Source: Anaerolineales bacterium (GTDB lineage: Bacteria; Chloroflexota; Anaerolineae; UBA1429). Taken from it: a DNA stretch of 54,744 bases. The notes below the pieces were generated by a model. The model was not told the origin of the DNA, searched no databases, and saw only the letters and a list, made by a program, of their open reading frames with translations. Made by a program: the position numbers and the translations under genes. Below are positions 1 through 8,245 of the stretch, one piece after another. Location of the stretch: assembly GCA_039680625.1 (NCBI GenBank), contig JBDKSN010000075.1, positions 1 to 54,744 on the forward strand. The letters are read 5' to 3'. Within the stretch, counting starts at the first letter, position 1, and every line of letters starts with the position of its first letter.

Positions 1-113
1 AGCGCACCAAGTACGACCTGTACTATATCGAGAACTGGTCGCTGCTCTTTGACATCAAGATCATGGTGCGCACCGTGATCAACATCTTCCGCGGCGACCG
101 CAACGCCTACTGA
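1..113 (+). CDS. Bacterial sugar transferase (polyprenyl-phosphate glycosyl-1-phosphate transferase family), C-terminal fragment entering from the left edge
   Basis: Frame 3 reads RTKYDLYYIENWSLLFDIKIMVRTVINIFRGDRNAY*, the conserved C-terminus of WbaP/EpsL-type sugar transferases. Stop TGA at 111-113. Confidence 0.75.
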   Translation, partial: RTKYDLYYIENWSLLFDIKIMVRTVINIFRGDRNAY

Positions 114-868
114 GGCGTCGCCTCGCGCGTAGCGAGCCCCAGCAGCCAGGCATCGATGGCCGGGTCAGCGGGCACCGTCGCATCGAGCGCGATGCGCTGC
201 CACGCATAGCGCACAAGGCGCCCCGCACCGTCCAAGCTCAGTTGGGCTACCCCCACAAACCGCCCGGCTCTTTCGGCGACGTATTGGTCGGCGTGGATGA
301 GCAGCGTGCCGTCGCGCCCCACGATCTCCGGCCCAGCATCGCGCTGATTGCCTCCTACGACGATTACGTCGATGCCCCTGACGCGTTCGGCGATCTGGCG
401 GTCGACCTCTTGCCCGGCGTGCGAGAGCAGGATCACGATGTCGGCCTCGTGGCGCAGCTGGCGCACATAGCGGCGCGCCGTGTGCAGGGGGTCGCGGATC
501 TGCCAGCCGGCGACGTCGCCACTGTCCGTCAGCCCGAGGATGGCCACCTTGTGGCTGCCCATGTCTCGCAGGGCATAGGGTTCGGCGGCCAGCTCGTCGC
601 TGCCTGCGGGGTAGGCGTTGGCTGAGAGGAGCGCAAAGCGCGACGACGCCCGAATGCGTGCCACGCCCTCTGGCCCGAGCGTGGCGAGGTCTTGGGCCCC
701 GAGGACGACGGCATCATAGCCCAGAAGGTCATACAACTCGGCCGCGATCTCGCCCGGGGGCGTCTCGGGGTGGCCGCTGGTGCTCAACAGGCCGTGGCCC
801 GCGTCGAGGACGAGCACCTGATCGGCAGTCGCCCGGGCATTTCGGATCACGGTGGCCCGCCGGGCCAC
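107..868 (-). CDS. Metallophosphoesterase / 5'-nucleotidase-like protein, C-terminal 253-codon part (continuous in frame with 887-1117 across a TGA)
   Basis: ORF track protein contains GGVARRATVIR (upstream extension), VLVLDAGH, YDAVVLGAQDL, ILLSHAG and VIVVGGN, all typical of calcineurin-like/5'-nucleotidase phosphoesterases. The GTG 'start' at 868 lies in frame only 18 nt after the TGA at 887-889. Confidence 0.75.
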   Translation of the reverse strand: MARRATVIRNARATADQVLVLDAGHGLLSTSGHPETPPGEIAAELYDLLGYDAVVLGAQDLATLGPEGVARIRASSRFALLSANAYPAGSDELAAEPYALRDMGSHKVAILGLTDSGDVAGWQIRDPLHTARRYVRQLRHEADIVILLSHAGQEVDRQIAERVRGIDVIVVGGNQRDAGPEIVGRDGTLLIHADQYVAERAGRFVGVAQLSLDGAGRLVRYAWQRIALDATVPADPAIDAWLLGLATREATPQ

Positions 869-886
869 ACCCCCTACGGCGTCCTT

Positions 887-1117
887 TCAACCACAGGCCT
901 CGAGCGCGCCCATCGTGTCGTTGGTATGGATCAAGGTGAGCGTGAGGGCCTCACCGGGTGTCTCGCTCGTAGAGGGGGCGGGGAGCGGTTGCGCCGCGCA
1001 GCCGACCAGCGCACCCCAGGCGAGGACGAGGGTCAGGCCCAGCCCTCGCCAGCGACGCCGTGCAACGATCGATGAGTGGCTATTGCGCCCGAGCCAGGCG
1101 CTGGGCAAAGGCATCAA
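887..1117 (-). CDS. N-terminal part of the same metallophosphoesterase: signal peptide with lipobox plus first metal-binding motif, ending at an in-frame TGA
   Basis: The sequence is MMPLPSAWLGRNSHSSIVARRRWRGLGLTLVLAWGALVGC(lipobox)AAQ...LTLIHTNDTMGALEACG*. The HTND motif is the first phosphoesterase motif. The TGA at 887-889 is in the same frame as ORF 107-868. Confidence 0.7.
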   Translation of the reverse strand: MMPLPSAWLGRNSHSSIVARRRWRGLGLTLVLAWGALVGCAAQPLPAPSTSETPGEALTLTLIHTNDTMGALEACG

Positions 1118-2465
1118 ACGCCTCCAGAGTGCGCTCCAAGTGCGCCGCAGTGTGCGCCAGAGAGATGGCGCCTAGGCCGTGCATGATGCTCACGCCGTTC
1201 ACCAACAGCGCCAGTTTGAGCACACGCTCGCGAAGCGGGTCATCGCAGCGCGTGGGGTCCGTCAGGTCATCGGCGCCTGCCGCCACCACATCGTCGCGCA
1301 GCGGAAAATAGACGGTGGCCAACGAGCCGCCCGGGAACGCGTCATTGCCCCAGCCCGTGCAGCGCGCGAGCACGCCGCGGTCGGCAAAGACGCGCTCGAT
1401 GCCCGTACGGAGCGCCTCGCCCTTGGCCGCCAGCGCGGGATAGATCGTATCCTCGTTGGCGAGCAAATAGTCCAACATCACCTGACCGGCTTCGAGCGAG
1501 AGCGGATGCGCGCTGTAAGTGCCGCCGCTGAACCAAACGCGCGGCTCAGCGGCCTGGCTACACAGCGCCATGACGTCGGCGCGGCCCACTACGGCAGCCA
1601 CCGGCATGCCCCCACCGATGATCTTGCCATAGGTCGAGAGATCTCCTGAGACGCCATAGAGCCGCTGCGCGCCCCCCGCGCGATAACGAAAACCCGTGAT
1701 CACCTCGTCGAGGATGAGCAGGGCGCCATACCGCGTGGTCAGCTCGCGGGCGAGCTGCATGTATTCGCCCGTAGCGGGGACAAAGCCGCCGTTGCCCGGG
1801 CAAGGCTCAAAGATAAAGCAGGCGATCTCGTTGCCATGCGCCGCAAAGACGTCTGCGAGCGCCTGTGGATCGTTGAAGCGCGTCACGAGGGTGTTGTGAT
1901 CGGCGCCGCCATTCACGCCGGCCGAGTCCACACGGTCAAAGCCATGCGCCGTGCGCGACACGCCCTTGAGCGCCAGCGGATTGGCGCCGTGCCAGCCGCC
2001 GCCCACCTTGAGCACCACGTCGCGCCGGGTGTAGGCGCGCGCGAGCATCATGGCATACATCGTCGCCAACGTGCCCGAAGTCGTCAGGCGCACGCGCTCG
2101 GCACCGGTGGCGCGGGCCAGCGTCTCGGCGTAGCGCGTCTGGCGCTCTTCGAGGTGGCCGGTCTGCAAGCCCTCGCCCGCCTGGAGCATGGCGATCAGCC
2201 GGTCGCGGATAATGGCCGAGTTATGGCCCAGGATGTTGGCATAGTGCCCCTGCCAATAGTCCACCAGCTCCTGGCCATCGATGGCGGTGACGGTTGCCCC
2301 CTGGTTGGCCACTACGCGGAAGGGATAGGGTGCAAACAGCCGCGCCGTGTGACTGACGCCATCGATCAGGACTCTTCGCGCGGCCTCATCGGCAGCGGCC
2401 GAGCGAGGAAAACGCTCCCGATAGGCCTCGGTGTACTCGGCGAACAACTGGTTTGTGTCGTACAT
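1080..2465 (-). CDS. Class III (PLP) aminotransferase, glutamate-1-semialdehyde 2,1-aminomutase-like
   Basis: 461 aa with LTTSGTLA, FIFEPCPGNGG, LILDEVITGFRYRAGGAQ and YGKIIGGGMPVAAV, the HemL/class-III aminotransferase signature. Confidence 0.85.
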   Translation of the reverse strand: MYDTNQLFAEYTEAYRERFPRSAAADEAARRVLIDGVSHTARLFAPYPFRVVANQGATVTAIDGQELVDYWQGHYANILGHNSAIIRDRLIAMLQAGEGLQTGHLEERQTRYAETLARATGAERVRLTTSGTLATMYAMMLARAYTRRDVVLKVGGGWHGANPLALKGVSRTAHGFDRVDSAGVNGGADHNTLVTRFNDPQALADVFAAHGNEIACFIFEPCPGNGGFVPATGEYMQLARELTTRYGALLILDEVITGFRYRAGGAQRLYGVSGDLSTYGKIIGGGMPVAAVVGRADVMALCSQAAEPRVWFSGGTYSAHPLSLEAGQVMLDYLLANEDTIYPALAAKGEALRTGIERVFADRGVLARCTGWGNDAFPGGSLATVYFPLRDDVVAAGADDLTDPTRCDDPLRERVLKLALLVNGVSIMHGLGAISLAHTAAHLERTLEAFDAFAQRLARAQ

Positions 2466-2518
2466 CTTACCCCCGTGCAGATGCTCTGTGTTTGCGCCAC
2501 GCCGCGCTCGCCTTTGGC

Positions 2519-2538
2519 GAGGGGCTAGCTAGCCCCTC
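2519..2538. terminator. Perfect 20-nt GC-rich palindrome (GAGGGGCTAG/CTAGCCCCTC) between the two aminotransferase genes; U-tract-less hairpin
   Basis: Read directly. It lies 16 nt downstream of the stop of the 2554-3714 gene. There is no T-run on either side. Confidence 0.4.
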
Positions 2539-2553
2539 ACGCCCACGCGGCGA

Positions 2554-3714
2554 CTAACGGGCCGTCTGATGGAGATATTCGGCGAGTAAGGGAATGCCGG
2601 CGGCGATCGTGTCGGCGCTAGCACACAACGAGATGCGCACAAAGCCATCCGAATGCGCGCCAAAGGCGATGCCCGGGGCCACAGCCACATGGGCCTCTTG
2701 CAGCAGGTTCTGGCAGAAGGTGAGCGAATCCAGCGGCTGGGCCGAGATGTCGGCCAGCATGTAAAAGGCACCGTGGGGATACGAGACAGGCAGCTCGTTG
2801 TCGAGCGCGACCGCAATGGCCAGGTCGCGGCGACGCTTGTATTCCTGGCGCATCGTCTCGACGCAGTCCTGCGGCCCCATGAGCGCCGCGGTGGCCGCCA
2901 CCTGCGCCACGGTGTTGGCGCAAGAGACCACCGGCTCCTGGATCTTGGCCATCTCACGAGCCATCCAGAGGGGCACAGCAGCATAGCCCACGCGCCAGCC
3001 CGTCATGGCATAGGTCTTGGAGGTCGTAAAGATCGAGATGCAGCGGCCGTCTTCGTCCCACAGCGCGGGGCTGAAATGCTGGCCCTCATAGACCAGCCGG
3101 TCATACGTCTCATCCGAGATCACAAAAAGGTCGTGGCGCTGGGCAAAGGTCATACAGCGCTGGAGCACCTCTTGGGAATACACCGCGCCGGTGGGGTTCG
3201 ACGGACTGGTGAGAAAGAGCACCTTGGTGCGCTCGTTGACCAGGCTTTCGAGCTGATCGAAATCAGGCTCAAAGCCGCGCTGTTGCGCCGTCAGATAATA
3301 GCGGGGCACCGCATGGAGCAGACGCGCCGCCATCGAGAAATTGCCATAGCCCGGGTCGGGCAAGAGCACCTCATCGCCCGGCTCGAGCAAGAGAGACATG
3401 CTCGCGTGCACGGCCTGCATGGCGCCGATGGTGACGACGATATTGTCTGGCGTGACGTGCAGATCGTTCTCGCGATCGAGTTTGGCGCAAACGGCCTCGC
3501 GCAGGCACATCATGCCGGCATTCGCTGTGTAGCCGGTATACTCATCGCGGGCCGCACGGCAGGCCGCCTCGATCACGTGAGGGGGCGGGCTAAAGTCGGG
3601 CTGGCCGATCTCGAGGTGAATGGCATCAGCATAGGCAGCAGCCTGATCGAAGATCACCCGAACAGGCGAACGTTCGATGCTGCTCACATTCCTCGCTAAC
3701 GCCTTCATGCCCAT
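2554..3714 (-). CDS. Class I/II PLP-dependent aminotransferase (aspartate/aromatic aminotransferase-like)
   Basis: 386 aa with LEIGQPDF, GYTANAG, LLPDPGYGNF, SNPTG and the SKTYAMTGWRVGY lysine motif. AGGAG sits just upstream, so the true start may be the second ATG at 3708. Confidence 0.9.
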   Translation of the reverse strand: MGMKALARNVSSIERSPVRVIFDQAAAYADAIHLEIGQPDFSPPPHVIEAACRAARDEYTGYTANAGMMCLREAVCAKLDRENDLHVTPDNIVVTIGAMQAVHASMSLLLEPGDEVLLPDPGYGNFSMAARLLHAVPRYYLTAQQRGFEPDFDQLESLVNERTKVLFLTSPSNPTGAVYSQEVLQRCMTFAQRHDLFVISDETYDRLVYEGQHFSPALWDEDGRCISIFTTSKTYAMTGWRVGYAAVPLWMAREMAKIQEPVVSCANTVAQVAATAALMGPQDCVETMRQEYKRRRDLAIAVALDNELPVSYPHGAFYMLADISAQPLDSLTFCQNLLQEAHVAVAPGIAFGAHSDGFVRISLCASADTIAAGIPLLAEYLHQTAR

Positions 3715-3730
3715 GCTCCTTGTGATGCGT

Positions 3731-3777
3731 GTACAAAAACGCGCCGTATGACGAGACCCGGCCTCGTCGCACGGCGC
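3731..3777 (-). terminator. Intrinsic-terminator-like hairpin plus U-run in the leader of the aminotransferase gene / downstream of ftsK
   Basis: The minus-strand RNA reads GCGCCGUGCGACGAG-GCCGGGU-CUCGUCAUACGGCGC followed by GUUUUUGU. It ends about 10 nt before the AGGAG of the 2554-3714 gene. Confidence 0.55.
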
Positions 3778-3894
3778 CAGTTACACACTCGACATCGCCA
3801 CGCGTGCGGCAATGCTTGCAGCCTAGTATAGGCCACTTGGCACATTGCCTAAAATCCTGTTGCCACGTGTAGGGCAGGCGAGACCGTCTTGCCG

Positions 3895-6216
3895 CTAGCG
3901 AGATGCCGACGTGCTGGGCGAGCGGCTATCGCCCTCGCCATCCTCGTCTCTCGCTGGCAGCACGGCTCGTGAGCGGCCCCCCGTGCCCACTGGGCCAACC
4001 ACGCCCAACTCTTCGAGCTGATCCATCAGGCGCGCCGCGCGAGGATAGCCCACACGCAGCTGACGCTGGAGAAAAGAAGCCGAGGCTTGTTGCTTTTCGC
4101 GGACGATGGCCACCGCCTGAGCTAAGAGGCCATCGTCATCCTCTTCGCTCTCTTCGCCCAACGTCATGCCCTCCCAGGGCGGACGCTCTGCGGCGACGGC
4201 CTCGCCCGCCCCCTGATCACTCACCGAGAGAGCGTCGGCGGCCACCGCTGGCGCGGCGCTCTGCCAATAGCGCACCAGAGCCTGTACCTCTTGGTCAGAG
4301 ACATAACTGCCCTGGATGCGCAACAGCTTGGCCGAGTCGGGCGGCATGAAGAGCATATCGCCGTTGCCGAGGAGCTTTTCCGCGCCGGGGCAGTCGAGGA
4401 CCACGCGGGAGTCCACCTGCGCCGTCACGGCAAAGCTGATGCGCGCGGGGAAATTGGCCTTGATCAGGCCCGTGACCACGTCCACCGAGGGCCGCTGCGT
4501 AGCCACGACCAGATGGATGCCCGTCGCCCGCGCCAACTGCGCCAGGCGGCAGATGATGCGCTCGACATCGTCGGGCGCGGCGAGCATCAGGTCGGCTAGC
4601 TCGTCGATCAGCACGACGATGCTGGGCTTGGTCGGCTCGCCGCGCGCTGCAGCCTTTCGGTTGTAAGAGCGCAAGTCGCGCACGCCGAGCTGGGCGAACT
4701 CTTGGTAGCGGCGGTCCATCTCGGTCAGCAGCCAACGCAGGGCGACGATGACCTGTTCCGCCTCGGTCAGCGCTGGAGAGAGCAGGTGTGGCAGCCCATT
4801 GAAGCGCGTCAGCTCGACGCGTTTGGGGTCTACCAACAAGAGGCGCAGCTGTGCGGGAGTGTTCTGCAGCAACAACGAGGCGATGATGGCGTTGAGGCAC
4901 ACGCTCTTGCCCGTGCCGGTGGCCCCGGCCACCAACAGGTGAGGCATGCGGGCCAGATCAGCCACCACTGGCTCTCCCGAGACGCCTCGCCCCAAGCCCA
5001 TACGCAGGTTCGAGTGCACACGCTGGAACTCGGCCGACTCGACCACGCCGCGCAGGCCCACCAGCGCCTTCTCGCGGTTGGGCACCTCGATGCCCACCAC
5101 GGCACGACCCGGGATCGGCGCCTCGATGCGGATGGGCGCTGCCGCCAAAGCCAACGCCAGGTCATTCTGCAGGCCCGAGATCCTGTTCACGCGCACCTTT
5201 TGCCGCTGGGTGCTGCCCGTGTTGTCTTGCCGCTCGACGTAGCCCGGCTCGACGCTGTATTGCGTGACCACCGGCCCGTGGCTCCAGCCAACGACGGTGG
5301 CGGGCACGCCAAAGGCAGCTAGGGTCTGCTCGATCACCTCGGCTTGATGGCGGCACTCGGCCTCGTCTCCGGCGATGGGATGGTCGGGGGCGAGCAGCGT
5401 CAGTGGTGGCAGCTCTGTGGCGACCGCCTTTGCCGACACGTTGCGCTCCTCTTGGGTGGGCGTTGGGCTCGCTACCTGGGTGGCCGCCGCTCGTTCCTTT
5501 GGACGTGGTCGAGAGGCCTGGCGAGACGCCGTCGGCTCTGGGCGTGCTGCACGATCCTTGGCGGCAATAACGGGCGCTGTACGGGGTGTTGCGGCCTGAT
5601 AGTAGCGCCGACGGTTGATGCGGTCGCGGATGGCCGTGCCCACACGCGCCCAAGCCCAGCGAACGTACCAACCGAGCAACGGCCAAGGCAGCGGCACGAT
5701 GAGGTGCAGCCCCCAGACCAGCAGGGCGAGCAGCAACAGTGTCGCCACCGCCTCACCAAGCAGCGGCACGAGGAGCTGATACAGCGCCCACCCGACCCAG
5801 CCACCCCCGTGGCCGTCTTGCGCCAGGCCATACGGCTCGGCGGTCGAGAGCACGTGCACCAGACCGAGCACCGCCAGCAAGACGAGCTCGCCGCCGAGCA
5901 CAGCTCGCCAGCGGATGGGCCACTTTTGCCGCAGCGCACCGCGCAGGTAGAGGAAGGCGCCGAGGCCGAACAGTAGCAGCGATAGCGGATAGGCGCCGAT
6001 GCCGACGGCGCGTCGCAGCCCCATCCAGACGCGATAGCCCAGCTCACCCTTGCCACCCGAAAAGACGGACAGGCAGATGATCAGCCCTAGGGCCATCAAG
6101 ACCAGGCCCCAGGTCTCCTGGCGCTTGAGCCAGGGGGGGCATTGCCAGCGAGGCTGCGTTTGTGCTTGGCGTTTCTTGGTTGGCATGATCCTAATCAAGA
6201 TGAGGGACCGGCTCAC
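3895..6216 (-). CDS. ftsK: DNA translocase FtsK/SpoIIIE
   Basis: 773 aa with N-terminal TM helices, a Pro/Ala-rich linker, Walker A LLVAGATGTGKS, VLIDELADL, HLVVATQRPS and a C-terminal winged-helix gamma domain (LLAQAVAIVREKQQASASFLQRQLRVGYPRAARLMDQLE). The start may instead be ATG 6186 (MPTKKRQ). Confidence 0.9.
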   Translation of the reverse strand: MSRSLILIRIMPTKKRQAQTQPRWQCPPWLKRQETWGLVLMALGLIICLSVFSGGKGELGYRVWMGLRRAVGIGAYPLSLLLFGLGAFLYLRGALRQKWPIRWRAVLGGELVLLAVLGLVHVLSTAEPYGLAQDGHGGGWVGWALYQLLVPLLGEAVATLLLLALLVWGLHLIVPLPWPLLGWYVRWAWARVGTAIRDRINRRRYYQAATPRTAPVIAAKDRAARPEPTASRQASRPRPKERAAATQVASPTPTQEERNVSAKAVATELPPLTLLAPDHPIAGDEAECRHQAEVIEQTLAAFGVPATVVGWSHGPVVTQYSVEPGYVERQDNTGSTQRQKVRVNRISGLQNDLALALAAAPIRIEAPIPGRAVVGIEVPNREKALVGLRGVVESAEFQRVHSNLRMGLGRGVSGEPVVADLARMPHLLVAGATGTGKSVCLNAIIASLLLQNTPAQLRLLLVDPKRVELTRFNGLPHLLSPALTEAEQVIVALRWLLTEMDRRYQEFAQLGVRDLRSYNRKAAARGEPTKPSIVVLIDELADLMLAAPDDVERIICRLAQLARATGIHLVVATQRPSVDVVTGLIKANFPARISFAVTAQVDSRVVLDCPGAEKLLGNGDMLFMPPDSAKLLRIQGSYVSDQEVQALVRYWQSAAPAVAADALSVSDQGAGEAVAAERPPWEGMTLGEESEEDDDGLLAQAVAIVREKQQASASFLQRQLRVGYPRAARLMDQLEELGVVGPVGTGGRSRAVLPARDEDGEGDSRSPSTSASR

Positions 6217-6351
6217 GAGCCCGATCTCGTCTCGTCACCCATCCTCGCCCCAGCCCGGGCGAAGGCGACGCGAAACCTGGTTCTAGCCGCTGTAACCGCA
6301 CTATAGGCCGAGGCCGCCGTCCGGGCCAGCGAGGCTTGGGTTAGGCCACGC

Positions 6352-7374
6352 TCAGTAAAGCAACATGGCTGGGCCGCCATCGTCGGAATCGTCCGAAGCG
6401 TCAGAGTCGTCGGTCGAGCCTTGACCGTTGGCGCGCTTCATGCTGAGGCTGAGGCGATGTCGGGTACTATCGATGCGCAAGATCGAGACCAGCACCCGGT
6501 CGCCCGCACTGGCGACATCCGCCGGGTGCCGGATGTGCTCATCCGAGATCTCGGAGATGTGCACGAGCCCTTCGAGGCCCTCCTCGATCTGCGCAAAGAG
6601 CCCAAAGTCGACCACATTCGTGACGGTAGCCTCGACGACGTCGCCTACCTGATAGTGCTGTTCGGCCAATGCCCAGGGGTTGGGCTGCAACCGCTTCAGG
6701 CTCAAGCCCACATGCCGCGTTGACCGATCGACCGAGAGCACGCACTCCTGGACCTCATCGCCGATGTGCAGCAGATCGCCCGGAGTCGTCACCCGCCCCC
6801 AAGACAGCTCGGAGATGTGGATCAGCCCGTCGAGCCCGCCCAGATCGACAAAGGCGCCGAAATCGCAGACGTTGCTCACTCGCCCGCGGCAGACGTCGCC
6901 CTCATTCAACTCCTCCAGCAGACGGATGCCGTCGGTCGGCCCCCACTGCGTGGCGCGCTCGGAGAACACCAGCCTGTTCCGCGCGCTGTCGAGCTCGATG
7001 ATCTTGACATCGAGCTCCTCGCCCACCCAGCGGATGAGCAGCTCTTCGCGCTGGCTTTCATCATCGACGAGCGGCACCTGTTTGAGCTGCGAGGCGGGGA
7101 CAAAGCCCTGCACCTCGCCCCAACGCACCAAGAGGCCACCGCGATTCCAGCCGGTGACGATGACGCTCAAGGTATCTCCCTGAGCATAATGGTGCTCGAG
7201 CTCATCCCAGGCTTGGGCCAACTCGGGCGAAAGGGGATAGACCCGCGCAGATTCTGCCTTGCCGCCCAACGGGACCGATCTCTCGGCACCCGGTTCGAGG
7301 GCGGTTTGCGCAGCGAGCAACTCGCGCGCACGCACGATAAAGCGCTGCAAGCCATCCAAACTGTAAACAGTCAT
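6352..7374 (-). CDS. S1 RNA-binding domain protein (three S1 repeats, acidic C-terminal tail)
   Basis: The repeats are GDTLSVIVTGWNRGGLLVRW..GFVPASQL, GDVCRGRVSNVCDFGAFVDLGG.DGLIHISELS and GDVVEATVTNVVDFGLFAQIEEGLEGLVHISEIS. The ORF is open to 7527. I prefer ATG 7374 (MTVYSLDG) because GAGGA sits about 10 nt upstream. The start is uncertain. Confidence 0.8.
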   Translation of the reverse strand: MTVYSLDGLQRFIVRARELLAAQTALEPGAERSVPLGGKAESARVYPLSPELAQAWDELEHHYAQGDTLSVIVTGWNRGGLLVRWGEVQGFVPASQLKQVPLVDDESQREELLIRWVGEELDVKIIELDSARNRLVFSERATQWGPTDGIRLLEELNEGDVCRGRVSNVCDFGAFVDLGGLDGLIHISELSWGRVTTPGDLLHIGDEVQECVLSVDRSTRHVGLSLKRLQPNPWALAEQHYQVGDVVEATVTNVVDFGLFAQIEEGLEGLVHISEISDEHIRHPADVASAGDRVLVSILRIDSTRHRLSLSMKRANGQGSTDDSDASDDSDDGGPAMLLY

Positions 7375-7563
7375 GCCACCATGATCCTCTGCCTGAAGCA
7401 TTCGGTTGCGTCTGGCGGGCCAAGCTACTAGCGGCCAGTTGTCGATCCTATCCGTGTGCAGTACTCTAGTGAGGGATTGCCCGAGCGTCAAGCGCAAGCG
7501 GCAGCCCGGGTGAACAGGCCTGGGCATCGAGCCAGACGCTCAACAGATCAGCAAAGTGAGCGT

Positions 7564-7737
7564 ATGCGGCACGAATACTCGTCAGAACATCCTCATGCCA
7601 AATTCGATGTGGTCGAATGGCTCGTTGTCACGCTGATCCTCACCGTGGCTTTCTTTGCCGCCTTGCAGGTCGTAGGCGAGGATCTGCGGGGCGCGGTCCT
7701 GAGCGCATGGGAGGCGGTGACCAGCTGGTTGCCCTGA
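7564..7737 (+). CDS. Small hypothetical single-pass membrane protein (57 aa)
   Basis: Internal ATG of ORF 7456-7737 gives MRHEYSSEHPHAKFDVVEWLVVTLILTVAFFAALQVVGEDLRGAVLSAWEAVTSWLP, with one hydrophobic helix. There is only a weak resemblance to Flp-type pilins (see rejected list). Confidence 0.35.
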   Translation: MRHEYSSEHPHAKFDVVEWLVVTLILTVAFFAALQVVGEDLRGAVLSAWEAVTSWLP

Positions 7738-7746
7738 GGGCAACCT

Positions 7747-7774
7747 TTGACGCTCTCGGCGGTTACGCTATACT
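7747..7774 (+). promoter_or_regulatory. Sigma70-type promoter for the tRNA pair (TTGACG-16 nt-TATACT)
   Basis: Read directly. The -10 ends 9 nt before the first tRNA nucleotide. Confidence 0.55.
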
Positions 7775-7783
7775 GATGCGCGC

Positions 7784-7856
7784 CGGGGTGTGGCGCAGTT
7801 GGCAGCGCGCAGCGTTTGGGACGCTGAAGTCGGAGGTTCGAGTCCTCTCACCCCGA
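7784..7856 (+). tRNA. tRNA-Pro (anticodon TGG)
   Basis: Manual cloverleaf: acceptor CGGGGTG/CACCCCG, D arm GCGC-AGTTGGCA-GCGC, anticodon arm CAGCG-TTTGGGA-CGCTG (UGG with G37), T arm GGAGG-TTCGAGT-CCTCT, discriminator A. No CCA is encoded. Confidence 0.9.
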
Positions 7857-7861
7857 CTTAT

Positions 7862-7934
7862 GCGGGCGTAGCTCAGTTGGCAGAGCTCCTGCCTTCCAAG
7901 CAGGTTGTCGCGCGTTCGAATCGCGTCGCCCGCT
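7862..7934 (+). tRNA. tRNA-Gly (anticodon TCC)
   Basis: Manual cloverleaf: acceptor GCGGGCG/CGCCCGC, D arm GCTC-AGTTGGCA-GAGC, anticodon arm CCTGC-CTTCCAA-GCAGG (UCC), T arm GCGCG-TTCGAAT-CGCGT, discriminator T. The next bases are CCT, so no full CCA is encoded. Confidence 0.9.
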
Positions 7935-7993
7935 CCTGAGTAGTTGGCCGGGCTTGGTACAGCCCCTCAGACTATTGCTAGCCGCGCATGAAT

Positions 7994-8024
7994 AAAGCGG
8001 GCCCCAAAAGGGGCCCGCTTTTGC
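7994..8024. terminator. Bidirectional intrinsic terminator between the tRNAs (+) and the small membrane gene (-)
   Basis: AAAGCGGGCCCC-AAAA-GGGGCCCGCTTT forms a 12-bp stem flanked by A-run and T-run, so it works in both orientations. Confidence 0.75.
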
Positions 8025-8050
8025 GTCTAGCTTGGCGCCCTAGGCCGGGC

Positions 8051-8245
8051 TCAGTGTCTGGTGTTCGAGAGCAGTTTGTGTAGGTGCTCTCGATGCTCCC
8101 ACAACAGCACGATCGTCGGCACCCCCAAGCCCACCAGCACGGGCACCAGGATCGGCACCGACAGAAAGCCGTTGGCGCTGGCGCAAGTGACCGCCAAAGC
8201 CAAAACCAACCATGCCGTAATCGCCCAACCAATCTTGCTGTTCAT
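8051..8245 (-). CDS. Small hypothetical membrane protein (64 aa, two predicted TM helices)
   Basis: MNSKIGWAITAWLVLALAVTCASANGFLSVPILVPVLVGLGVPTIVLLWEHREHLHKLLSNTRH. The ORF is open to 8308. A TTGACA-17-TATGTT promoter is readable on the minus strand around 8343-8371. Confidence 0.45.
   Translation of the reverse strand: MNSKIGWAITAWLVLALAVTCASANGFLSVPILVPVLVGLGVPTIVLLWEHREHLHKLLSNTRH

Noticed and set aside
7564-7737. Flp/Fap-type pilin gene
   Set aside because: The VEW-hydrophobic-helix pattern (FDVVEWLVVTLILTVAFFAALQVVG) resembles Flp prepilins. However, the Gly at the prepilin cleavage site is missing and no tad/cpa assembly genes are nearby. I kept it as a hypothetical small membrane protein.
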